A DNA stretch of 64,000 nt from Minisyncoccota bacterium (GTDB lineage Bacteria > Patescibacteriota > Minisyncoccia > Phycocordibacterales > GWA1-40-21): NCBI GenBank assembly GCA_041663045.1, contig JBAZRH010000001.1, positions 148,403-212,402 on the forward strand. Direction: 5' to 3'. The number at the start of each line of letters is the position of its first letter. Position 1 is the first letter of the stretch. Below the pieces are notes generated by a model that was not told where the DNA came from, searched no databases, and worked only from the letters and a program-made list of their open reading frames with translations. This document shows, in pieces, positions 54,555 through 62,374 of the stretch. The translations under genes and the position numbers were made by a program.

Positions 54555-54588
54555 CAAAAAATTGGGCGCGAACTAAAGGTTCGCGCCC
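54555..54588 (-). terminator. rho-independent terminator for the 54608-54892 gene
   Basis: perfect 10-bp stem GGGCGCGAAC-taaag-GTTCGCGCCC; on the minus strand followed by a U-run. Confidence 0.55.
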
Positions 54589-54607
54589 GTAAATACCTTC
54601 CTCCTTA

Positions 54608-54892
54608 TTATTTCGCCATCTCCATAATCAGTCGGCCATTGCCACCCTTCAGATAAAATTTCCTTGAACCGATGTAGATATGTTCGTATAGACTACGAAT
54701 CTCTATCCACACCCGTTCTGATATACGAGGATGGGCGCCCGCACCGCTTTGTGCCACATCAATGGCCATAATTAATACAGACTTATGGTCATCTTTTACC
54801 GTGGGCGATGCTTGTACTTCCGTCTTGAAATCTTTTTCAGAAAACGAAAGTACAGTTCTTGGCTTCAACTCGACACGGACTTTTTCTGCCAT
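54608..54892 (-). CDS. hypothetical protein (94 aa; start re-set to MAEKVRVEL preceded by AAAGGAG RBS)
   Basis: ORF-track Met is 12 codons upstream, but a strong SD (AAAGGAG) sits 6 nt before the internal ATG at 54892. Confidence 0.45.
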   Translation of the reverse strand: MAEKVRVELKPRTVLSFSEKDFKTEVQASPTVKDDHKSVLIMAIDVAQSGAGAHPRISERVWIEIRSLYEHIYIGSRKFYLKGGNGRLIMEMAK

Positions 54893-54980
54893 ACCTACTC
54901 CTTTGTTGAGGTTAGGATCAAAGAACAATTCTAGGATCCTTTTATACTTTACAAGATGTTAAAATAAAGTCAAACATATT

Positions 54981-55775
54981 TTAAATGATGAAGTACCTGA
55001 TTATTATAAACAGTATGATTATAACGAAAAGTGTTATTTGCCAATTTCTAACAATCATACTGAAAAAATCTATCATTTTATTATAAATATTTGTAACTAT
55101 TGGATATTTGAATAAGCCACCGGAGCTTGAAGCTTGGTATTTTGTCTCTGCCCCAAGGACCTGCCCGACCATTTCACTGTTTGTCTTGGTCGTTGCTGTT
55201 TGTCCGGTTGAAGGATCACTTGCTACAACACTTTGACTAGCTACTTCTGGCTTTTTATATGTTTCAATCTTATCAGCCAAAGCATTCGCAACTACATCTA
55301 TTTTCTGCACCACATTTTCCGCTATCTTTTGAGTATTTTCTTTTACGACTTCCAATGTTATTGGTTTTGTTATAGAGAGAGATGTTCTATCACTTTCAAA
55401 GGAAAGAAGTGAACTTGTACTTACGCCGTTTATCTCCGTAATCTTTATTTGTACTGAATGTCGGCCCTCCAAAGCTTTCCACGGTCCACTTATTTCTAAC
55501 AAGCTATCTTTTGTAGATGTAAAATTTACTTTCGAATTTAATTCATCATCTACGAAGATAGATGCGATGCCAGAAAAAGTAATGTCAGAATGATTTTGTA
55601 TAGCTCCAAATATTTTCACCAAATCTTGATCATTTATATTGATAGATGAATACCAAACACTCGATAAGATACCAGCATTTATTTGATTTGTGTTTGCAAA
55701 AACCTCTCTTGTAAGAAAAATAATAGAGATGAACCAAATGTATAATAAAGCCCTTTTCATTTTATTCGGATTCAA
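54981..55775 (-). CDS. secreted/membrane-anchored hypothetical protein (N-terminal signal peptide, C-terminal TM helix)
   Basis: 264 aa; MKRALLYIWFISIIFL signal-like N-terminus, Ser/Thr-rich middle, C-terminal hydrophobic ITLFVIIILFIII. Confidence 0.45.
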   Translation of the reverse strand: MNPNKMKRALLYIWFISIIFLTREVFANTNQINAGILSSVWYSSININDQDLVKIFGAIQNHSDITFSGIASIFVDDELNSKVNFTSTKDSLLEISGPWKALEGRHSVQIKITEINGVSTSSLLSFESDRTSLSITKPITLEVVKENTQKIAENVVQKIDVVANALADKIETYKKPEVASQSVVASDPSTGQTATTKTNSEMVGQVLGAETKYQASSSGGLFKYPIVTNIYNKMIDFFSMIVRNWQITLFVIIILFIIIRYFII

Positions 55776-56598
55776 TAGGAATTATAATCGCGTCTTCTGA
55801 AGAATAATTTGTACTACTTGCCATAAATGTTCTCTCTTTAAACACAAGCTGATATATGATATAAGCCCCAAGCGCTATCGCTAAAATTACAAGAAGGGCA
55901 TTTAAGAATGCTGGGTGTTTTTTACTATATTTTATTGTAAACCTAATCAAGAAGAACAAGATGGTTATTGCTATTAATACAGAGACAATAATAATTACAA
56001 TTTTCTTTGTATTTGTGTTATTAGCAAATTGAGTCATAGCTCCCAAGACTTTTGTGCCTGTCGATGTCGGAATATTATTTGAGATATTTTCAGATTCAGA
56101 AACTTTTTCTACTCTAGGACTTGCATAATCTTGAACGATAAAAATCCCCTCTTTGCCTTTATAAGTACCAGAGGCAATACCCGTACCCATTTCTGTATAT
56201 GAATTTTTTAAAAGATTTTCCCTGTGCGTCGGCGAATTCATCCATGCGTCTGTCACTTCTTTTGACTCGTTAAAGTTAATCGCCAAATTTTCTCCTGCAT
56301 AATCATATTTATAACCGACAAGCTCAAGCCAATACCATGGGGTCTTGCCATCTGGACTTACATGAGAAAAATATTGATTGCCCGCCATATCCTCGGCTTT
56401 CATCTGTGCGGCTTTTGATAAGAGCGAATCTACCTTTAACACAGCCAAATTGTTTTGTTGTCTTTCTTGATTTGTTAGGTCTGAGAGTGCACTGACGAGG
56501 ACTGTTGCGGGCTGAAAAGACCCATTCATAAATCCCCCGATTAAAATCAGTAATTCAACACAGAGGACTATTGTCGCAATTTTTCTTAGATTGTTCAT
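55762..56598 (-). CDS. CAP-domain (SCP/PR1-like, YkwD-type) extracytoplasmic protein with C-terminal TM segments
   Basis: 278 aa; ...YFSHVSPDGKTPWYWLELVGYKYDYAGENLAINF...WMNSPTHRENLLKNSYTEMGTGIASG matches CAP-domain conserved blocks. Confidence 0.6.
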   Translation of the reverse strand: MNNLRKIATIVLCVELLILIGGFMNGSFQPATVLVSALSDLTNQERQQNNLAVLKVDSLLSKAAQMKAEDMAGNQYFSHVSPDGKTPWYWLELVGYKYDYAGENLAINFNESKEVTDAWMNSPTHRENLLKNSYTEMGTGIASGTYKGKEGIFIVQDYASPRVEKVSESENISNNIPTSTGTKVLGAMTQFANNTNTKKIVIIIVSVLIAITILFFLIRFTIKYSKKHPAFLNALLVILAIALGAYIIYQLVFKERTFMASSTNYSSEDAIIIPIESE

Positions 56599-56696
56599 AC
56601 TATGTATAGATTATAACATAAGTATTTTTTTATAAAATCAATCAATGTTGATTGAAGTAAAATATTTTTTATGCTAATCTATCCCGAGTTAGATAA

Positions 56697-56769
56697 GGGC
56701 CTGTAGCTCATCTGGTAGAGCGCCTCATTTGCAATGAGGAGGTAAGCGGTTCGAGCCCGCTCAGGTCCA
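56697..56769 (+). tRNA. tRNA-Ala (anticodon TGC)
   Basis: GGGCCTG/CAGGTCC acceptor with G3:U70; anticodon arm CCTCA-TTTGCAA-TGAGG; T-arm AGCGG TTCGAGC CCGCT. Confidence 0.8.
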
Positions 56770-56843
56770 CAAGCGTTAAGAAAATCCGCACTTCTCTGTC
56801 TTAACCCGAAGTAATAGGGCTTACCTGAATAGCCTAGAACAGG

Positions 56844-56883
56844 AGAGCACACAAACCGTAGGGAATGTGTGCTCTTTTTTATT
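56844..56883 (+). terminator. rho-independent terminator after tRNA-Ala(TGC)
   Basis: AGAGCACACA-(12 nt)-TGTGTGCTCT followed by TTTTTTATT. Confidence 0.55.
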
Positions 56884-57087
56884 GTCTTTATTGAATTTGT
56901 ATTTTTGTCTTTTGTCCGCCCTGAATTCCGAAAAGAAATGTGAAGCGAATCCCGCCCGCATTTCTTTCAAAAAAGGTTCGCGCAAATGCTAAAATAACAC
57001 CACTATCGTTTTTAAATCTCTTTTTTTGTAGAAAATTATTGATTTTTCTGATACTATGTAATTAATCAAAATAATAACCAATATTTT

Positions 57088-58527
57088 ATGAAAATTACCG
57101 ATATTAAAAATGACGAGCTTAAATATATGGTTGAGAGGATTGAGCCATATTTTGCTTCGTCTATTATAATTAGAGGGATGGTTGATAAGAAAAACGTCGA
57201 GAATATTCTTGAATGGAGAGCTGGAGTAAGATGGTTATATACTAATAATTATTTTTTTGCTAAAACGAGTGATCAAAAGATTGCTAAGGAAGATTTACAA
57301 AATAAATTCAAAAAAGGAGGGAATATTTATACTGGTAATCTAATAAAGAAATGTTTTGAACTTGGCAATCAACTAATTGAAGTCGCAAAGTCCATTGAGG
57401 TAATTACAAGTAAAGAAAACTTAGCCACCGAAGAAATGTATGATTGTCTAAAAAGATACTTGGATTCTGCTAGTAATTATATGATTTTTCAAAATCTGGT
57501 TTTGTTTGAAGACCCAATCTCGGAATTAGCCCGCAATACAGTAAAGAAATATGCAAAAAGTGAAAAGGAAGAAAATGAACTTCTTGGACTTATAACTACT
57601 GCTAGCCATCTAACTGGCGGGGAAAAAGAGCAGGATGATTTTCTAAGATTAGGTATTAAGAAAGCCACTGATAAGGAAATTGACGAACATGCTAGAAAAT
57701 ATGGTTGGCTAGCAATAAGATTCTTTGTTGGGGAACCGTGGACTAAAAATGATGTACTAGGGCGACTTTCTAGAACTGATTCTGTATCTGCTGAGATAGA
57801 ACTCAAAAAAAGGATTGAGTATCGGGAAGGAATTGAGAAAAAAATCATAAAGGCGATAGATGTTTTTAGCAAAGAAGACAAAGATATTGTTCAGCTCATT
57901 AGAGATGTTGTATATCTACGTACCCAGAGGACAGACTTCTTTCAGGAGTCGTCGTATTACGTACAAACTTTAGTAAAGGAAATTGCTATTAATTTTGGCG
58001 TTTCTTATTACGATCTTCTCTATTTGAGTGTACCAGAAGTCTTACAAGCACTGAAGGATAAGTTCAATGTAATAGGAAGCATTGAGAAAAGAAAGAAAGG
58101 CTTTGTCGTTTTTTTTGATTACGATGAAGATCATATTCTTGAAGGATCTGAAGCAAAAAAATTCGTCGATGAAAGACCGATATTAAATCATAGAACTTTG
58201 GAGGTGAAGGAATTGAAGGGCAGTATTGGATATAAAGGCAAGGCAAAAGGAAGCGTATGTATTGTTAAAACGGCCCATGACAATTCTAAAGTTAAAGAGG
58301 GGGATATTATTGTTGCGATTATGACTACGCCCAACTTTATCCCAGCATTAGAAAAAGCATCTGCATTTATTACTGATGAAGGCGGAATTACTTGTCATGC
58401 TGCAATTATAGCTCGGGAAATGAAAAAGCCCTGTATTATTGGTACTAAAAATGCTACCCAAGTTTTAAAAGATGGAGATTTGGTTGAGGTGGATGCTGAT
58501 AAGGGGGTGGTGAGAATAATTAAATAA
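57088..58527 (+). CDS. PEP-utilising-enzyme swivel domain protein, outlying paralog U
   Basis: 479 aa; C-terminal [52 protein letters not shown]; VYLRTQRTDFF motif in N-domain. Confidence 0.85.
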   Translation: MKITDIKNDELKYMVERIEPYFASSIIIRGMVDKKNVENILEWRAGVRWLYTNNYFFAKTSDQKIAKEDLQNKFKKGGNIYTGNLIKKCFELGNQLIEVAKSIEVITSKENLATEEMYDCLKRYLDSASNYMIFQNLVLFEDPISELARNTVKKYAKSEKEENELLGLITTASHLTGGEKEQDDFLRLGIKKATDKEIDEHARKYGWLAIRFFVGEPWTKNDVLGRLSRTDSVSAEIELKKRIEYREGIEKKIIKAIDVFSKEDKDIVQLIRDVVYLRTQRTDFFQESSYYVQTLVKEIAINFGVSYYDLLYLSVPEVLQALKDKFNVIGSIEKRKKGFVVFFDYDEDHILEGSEAKKFVDERPILNHRTLEVKELKGSIGYKGKAKGSVCIVKTAHDNSKVKEGDIIVAIMTTPNFIPALEKASAFITDEGGITCHAAIIAREMKKPCIIGTKNATQVLKDGDLVEVDADKGVVRIIK

Positions 58528-58544
58528 ATTAATGGTTAAAATTT

Positions 58545-59156
58545 ATGAGAAAAGAGATTGTCATTTTTGATTTTGACGGAGTAATAGTTAATAGCTTAGA
58601 ATTGGGTTATTCGATTAATAAAGAGATGATGCCTGATTTGAAATACGAAGAATGGGCTGGTTGGTTTGAAGGTAATTTATACAAGAATATAAGAAAAGAA
58701 CATGCAAATGATAAGTCTCAAAATGATTTCCATCAGCAATATTCAGCCAGAGTAAATAATTGTTTATTAGTCGAAGGTATTACCGAGACAATCAAAGAGC
58801 TTTCGAGAAGATTTGATTTAATAATTATTAGTTCATCGACGAGTATAGGCATTCGTAATTTCTTAGAAAAACACAATCTCATATCTTACTTTAAGGAAAT
58901 TCTTGGTGCGGACATTCATCGCAGTAAAATTGAAAAATTTAAAATGGTTTTATTGAAATATAATATAAAGCCCGAAGAGACCCTTATTATTACAGACTCT
59001 GTTGGAGATATAAAAGAAGCAAAGAATGTTGGTGTTAAGACAGTGGCAGTTACATGGGGAATACACGATATTAAAAAATTAAAAAATGAAGAACCAGACT
59101 CTATTGTGAAAAGACCAAGTGAAGTGGTTGGTAGTGTTTTTAAGGTGTTGTCTTAA
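58545..59156 (+). CDS. HAD-superfamily hydrolase (phosphatase/beta-phosphoglucomutase-like)
   Basis: 203 aa; motif I FDFDGVIVNS, motif IV ITDSVGDIKEAKNVGV; starts 17 nt after the swivel gene. Confidence 0.7.
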   Translation: MRKEIVIFDFDGVIVNSLELGYSINKEMMPDLKYEEWAGWFEGNLYKNIRKEHANDKSQNDFHQQYSARVNNCLLVEGITETIKELSRRFDLIIISSSTSIGIRNFLEKHNLISYFKEILGADIHRSKIEKFKMVLLKYNIKPEETLIITDSVGDIKEAKNVGVKTVAVTWGIHDIKKLKNEEPDSIVKRPSEVVGSVFKVLS

Positions 59157-59157
59157 T

Positions 59158-60126
59158 TTACTTCTCTTCAATAGCAATCGTGAGCAAATGATCCAGAAAA
59201 TCAGGGAATGAACAGCCAATAGCTTTCAGCGATTTTGGCATAAGAGACTCGCTTGTAAGGCCAGGCAAAGTATTTACTTCCAAGATATAAACCCCTCTTC
59301 TCGGCGTGACGATAAAATCTGAGCGAGAATAATGCTTGAGCCCGAGGGCCTTGTGCGCCTCCTCAGCCATACGCTGGATTTCTTCTTTTTCCTTTATGCT
59401 GAATATTCCTGGGCAGATTTCTTCCGACTTGCCATTATATTTTGAATTAAAATCAAAAAATTCGGCATCTTTTGGCTTCTTTATTTCTATCGGCAAAAGT
59501 GAATAGACATCTTTGCCACGGAATTTGTCTATCACCCCGCATGTCGCTTCCCTACCTTTTATAAATTCTTCTATAAGCACAGTGTCCGAATGTTTGAATG
59601 CTTCAGCGATACCTTTTTCTATGCCAGCTATCGTGCTTGCTATCGTCACCCCAAGAGATGAACCGCTATTGTTTGGTTTGATGACGACAGGTATGGGGAA
59701 TGATTTGAAAAGCCTTTTTGAAAAATCGTGTATTTCTTCGCCGAGCGAGATCGTCGTATGAAGTGGAGTTTTGATGCCGTGTTGTTTGAAAATCTGTTTG
59801 GAAAGGATTTTGTTCATACCGATGGCCGAAGCGAGTGCGCCAGAGCCGGTGAAAGGGATTCCAAAATGCTCCAAAAGCTGTTGGACTTTGCCGTCTTCGC
59901 CATAAGTGCCGTGCATTGCATTGAAGACGACATGCGCATCGGCAAATACTTTTTCTGGTTTTACGGGAGCGCCATCTATATGCCAGACACCTTTTTTATC
60001 TATATAAACATCTATCGGAATATATTTATGTGGTAGATTTTCCATCACCGACTTTCCAGTCTTCAAAGAGACTTCATGCTCGCCACTAGTGCCCCCGCGT
60101 AATATTGCAACTTTTACTCGATTCAT
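59158..60126 (-). CDS. ddl: D-alanine--D-alanine ligase
   Basis: Start re-set to MNRVKVAILRGGTSGEHEVSLKTGKSV (ORF-track upstream extension lacks a signal). ATP-grasp Ddl motifs throughout. Extended -10 TGATATAAT 7 nt upstream of the ATG. Confidence 0.85.
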   Translation of the reverse strand: MNRVKVAILRGGTSGEHEVSLKTGKSVMENLPHKYIPIDVYIDKKGVWHIDGAPVKPEKVFADAHVVFNAMHGTYGEDGKVQQLLEHFGIPFTGSGALASAIGMNKILSKQIFKQHGIKTPLHTTISLGEEIHDFSKRLFKSFPIPVVIKPNNSGSSLGVTIASTIAGIEKGIAEAFKHSDTVLIEEFIKGREATCGVIDKFRGKDVYSLLPIEIKKPKDAEFFDFNSKYNGKSEEICPGIFSIKEKEEIQRMAEEAHKALGLKHYSRSDFIVTPRRGVYILEVNTLPGLTSESLMPKSLKAIGCSFPDFLDHLLTIAIEEK

Positions 60127-60175
60127 ACTGAAGATTATATCAAATAATGTAAAATTTGGGAAAAGAAAAAGTCCG

Positions 60176-60213
60176 CCCACATAGCAATTGCTAGGGGCGG
60201 ATAGCTTGGGAAA
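60176..60213 (-). terminator. rho-independent terminator on the minus strand (end of uvrC transcript or of a candidate ncRNA)
   Basis: TCCGCCC-(CTAGCAATTGCTAG palindromic loop)-GGGCGGA stem, followed on the minus strand by CTTTTTCTTTTCCC. Confidence 0.45.
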
Positions 60214-60465
60214 AGTATGATGTTGAGGAGAGCGATCGTGAGCTCCTTGTCCGTACTCTGCGAGGTGTCAGATGCATGTCAGGCCAGATAGCTACCAGCA
60301 GTGGATCCACCTGACGGAATCCAGGCTCTGCTGTTCAGCAATTCTGTTTTGCCTTAACCCGTCATGAATCGCTCGACAGCACGATAAAAGCAAGCATGCT
60401 CACGACCGCTATCCCTCAACATCAAAAGATCTGCTCTTTATAAAATAGCATAATAAATATTGTCG

Positions 60466-61827
60466 TCAAACCAAGGACTTTTTGGCGAGGGTTTTGCGAT
60501 GATATTTGATGGCAAATCTATGAGCTTCGTTATTTGCGAGTAGAATGTCGTTTGAATATTTGGAAGTGATAGTTTTATCCCCCAATATCGCCTTTGGCCT
60601 ATGTCTTTCATCTTTAAGTACCGAAACCACCTCCAACTTGGCTATACGATAGCCAAGTAAACGAGATACGACTTCCCTAGCGACTTTGATCTGGGCTTTT
60701 CCTCCATCCACAACTATTATTTGTGGAAAAGCCCATTCTTCATGAGCGAGTCTTCTCTCCAATATTTCTTTTAGACCGGCAATATCATTTTGCTTACTTT
60801 CTCTTATTTTGAATTTTCTATATCCATTTTTTGCTGGCTCGCCGTCTTCTAGCACTACCATAACGCCGACATTGGCTGTGCCACTGATGTGGGCAATGTC
60901 GTAGGCTTCGATACGGAGGATTTTTCTTTCCTCAAGGTTCGACCTTTCTTGGGATTTAAGGTCGAACCTTTTCCCAGAGAAATCCTCCGCTTTTAGGAGA
61001 GCGACATCCTGAATATGATTTAATGCGAAAATTGTCTTTTTAATTTCTCCAGCTTTTTCAAATTTTTGCTCTTTCGCCAAGGCCTTCATCTCTTTTTCAA
61101 GATTTTTTATGATTTTTGTCTTTTTACCTTCAAAAAATAAAATAATATTTTTAATTATTTTTTTATAATCAACTTTTGAAATGCTCCCGTCGCAAGCTCC
61201 GGGGCAAAGTCCGATTTGTTTATTGAAGCAAGGCTCGCCTTGGTTTGGAGTGCATCTATCACGAAATGGAAAAATTTTGCGAACAATTTTCACAGCTTCT
61301 TTGAGTTGGGTGCTGTGTGGAAAAGGTCCAAAAATACGCTGGACTGGCTCCTCAAGGTTCGACCTTTTTTGAGATTTAAGGTCGAACCTTTTCCAGCTAG
61401 TCATATTTGATTTATCAAGGAGAGACCTTGGATCTGCAAAAAGGTCTCTCCTTGGAAAATCTAAACTTCTTCCTCTTTCTATCAAAACTCTTGGAAAGTC
61501 CTCTTTTGTAATAATGACAAAATTATAACTTTTATCATCTTTTTCTTTTGTATTGTATTTCGGTTTATGTTTTTTTATAAGTTCGGCTTCTAGGATAAGT
61601 GCTTCAAGGATAGAGTCAGTCTTTTGAAAAGTGATTTTGTCCGCCTTAAAAACCATATCTACAATAAGCGGACCGCGAGTGGCGATAAGATCATTACTAA
61701 AATAGCTTTTTACCCTATCGCGAAGAGATGTCGCTTTTCCAATATAAAAAATCTCCCTCCCCTTTTTGAAGAAATAAATGCCAGGCGTATCGGGTAGTTT
61801 GTGTTTTTTTAAATCTTGACTTTGCAT
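60466..61827 (-). CDS. uvrC: excinuclease ABC subunit C (short form, GIY-YIG + endonuclease core) carrying two in-frame palindromic repeat insertions
   Basis: 453 aa; GIY-YIG N-terminus (GIYFFKKGREIFYIGKATSLRDRV), IFGPFP, RIEAYDIAHISG endonuclease motif. Confidence 0.8.
   Translation of the reverse strand: MQSQDLKKHKLPDTPGIYFFKKGREIFYIGKATSLRDRVKSYFSNDLIATRGPLIVDMVFKADKITFQKTDSILEALILEAELIKKHKPKYNTKEKDDKSYNFVIITKEDFPRVLIERGRSLDFPRRDLFADPRSLLDKSNMTSWKRFDLKSQKRSNLEEPVQRIFGPFPHSTQLKEAVKIVRKIFPFRDRCTPNQGEPCFNKQIGLCPGACDGSISKVDYKKIIKNIILFFEGKKTKIIKNLEKEMKALAKEQKFEKAGEIKKTIFALNHIQDVALLKAEDFSGKRFDLKSQERSNLEERKILRIEAYDIAHISGTANVGVMVVLEDGEPAKNGYRKFKIRESKQNDIAGLKEILERRLAHEEWAFPQIIVVDGGKAQIKVAREVVSRLLGYRIAKLEVVSVLKDERHRPKAILGDKTITSKYSNDILLANNEAHRFAIKYHRKTLAKKSLV
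60931..60974. repeat. 44-nt palindromic repeat inside uvrC, copy 1
   Basis: CTCAAGGTTCGACCTTTCTTGGGATTTAAGGTCGAACCTTTTCC; internal inverted repeat AAGGTTCGACCTT / AAGGTCGAACCTT; translated in frame as KRFDLKSQKRSNLEE. Confidence 0.7.
61351..61394. repeat. 44-nt palindromic repeat inside uvrC, copy 2 (exactly 420 nt from copy 1)
   Basis: CTCAAGGTTCGACCTTTTTTGAGATTTAAGGTCGAACCTTTTCC, 3 mismatches to copy 1; translated in frame as KRFDLKSQERSNLEE. Confidence 0.7.
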
Positions 61828-61884
61828 GTCTATTGTGATTACATACTAGCAGAAAGAACAAACAATTCAATAAGGAGAGGAAAA

Positions 61885-62109
61885 ATGAAGTTGAAAGATG
61901 TTTTGATCGGTTCTTTGTTTGCTGGCGTTATCGCTTTTTGTATCGCCTTCTGGCAAGTCGATGCAAAATTCACAAATGCCCTATGGACATTTGGCATCAC
62001 ATTCATTGTCTCACCGTTTGTGATCGGATACCTCTATCTTAACAATGACGGATGGTACAATGACAATAATAGTAGTGTCCCTGAAATAGAGATGGGGATG
62101 GAGCTTTAG
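61885..62109 (+). CDS. small membrane protein (74 aa, 2 predicted TM helices)
   Basis: start re-set to MKLKDVLIGSLFAGVIAF preceded by AAGGAGAGG RBS; hydrophobic helices. Confidence 0.45.
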   Translation: MKLKDVLIGSLFAGVIAFCIAFWQVDAKFTNALWTFGITFIVSPFVIGYLYLNNDGWYNDNNSSVPEIEMGMEL

Positions 62110-62138
62110 ACAATACAAACAAAAGGAAGGAGATTACG

Positions 62139-62333
62139 ATGATTATAAAGGTCTTTGCTTGGTCTATCTTTGTGGTCGGGGCAATCATTATTGTACTTGG
62201 CCTCATAGACTTTCTTTTCTACGGGGGCAAGTTCAGTAGGTTGTCGTTTTTCAGAAAAATGATGCCACTGGGTTTATGGATGTTGTTTCTGGCAGCTTGT
62301 TTTGCCTTACTTCTGTCTACAAAGGTAAAATGA
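62139..62333 (+). CDS. small membrane protein (64 aa, 2 predicted TM helices)
   Basis: AAGGAGA RBS 6 nt upstream of ATG; MIIKVFAWSIFVVGAIIIVLGLIDFLFYGG hydrophobic. Confidence 0.45.
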   Translation: MIIKVFAWSIFVVGAIIIVLGLIDFLFYGGKFSRLSFFRKMMPLGLWMLFLAACFALLLSTKVK

Positions 62334-62374
62334 ATTGTCTCACAAAGGAGTACAGTACACTACTGTTCTCCTTT

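Noticed and set aside
60127-60180. N-terminal extension of ddl in the ORF track (MGGLFLFPNFTLFDIIFSMNRVKV...)
   Set aside because: The Ddl homology begins at MNRVKVAILRGG. An extended -10 promoter (TGATATAAT) lies inside the putative extension, so the upstream Met is almost certainly not used.
60176-60465. Calling the GC-rich uvrC-ddl intergenic block SRP RNA, RNase P RNA, tmRNA or a T-box leader
   Set aside because: By-eye comparison to the invariant cores (GGAAGCAGCC; GGAAAGUCCGG / ACAGAACCCGGCUUA; tmRNA tRNA-like ends; AGGGUGGNACCGCG) found no convincing match on either strand. Left as an unclassified candidate ncRNA.
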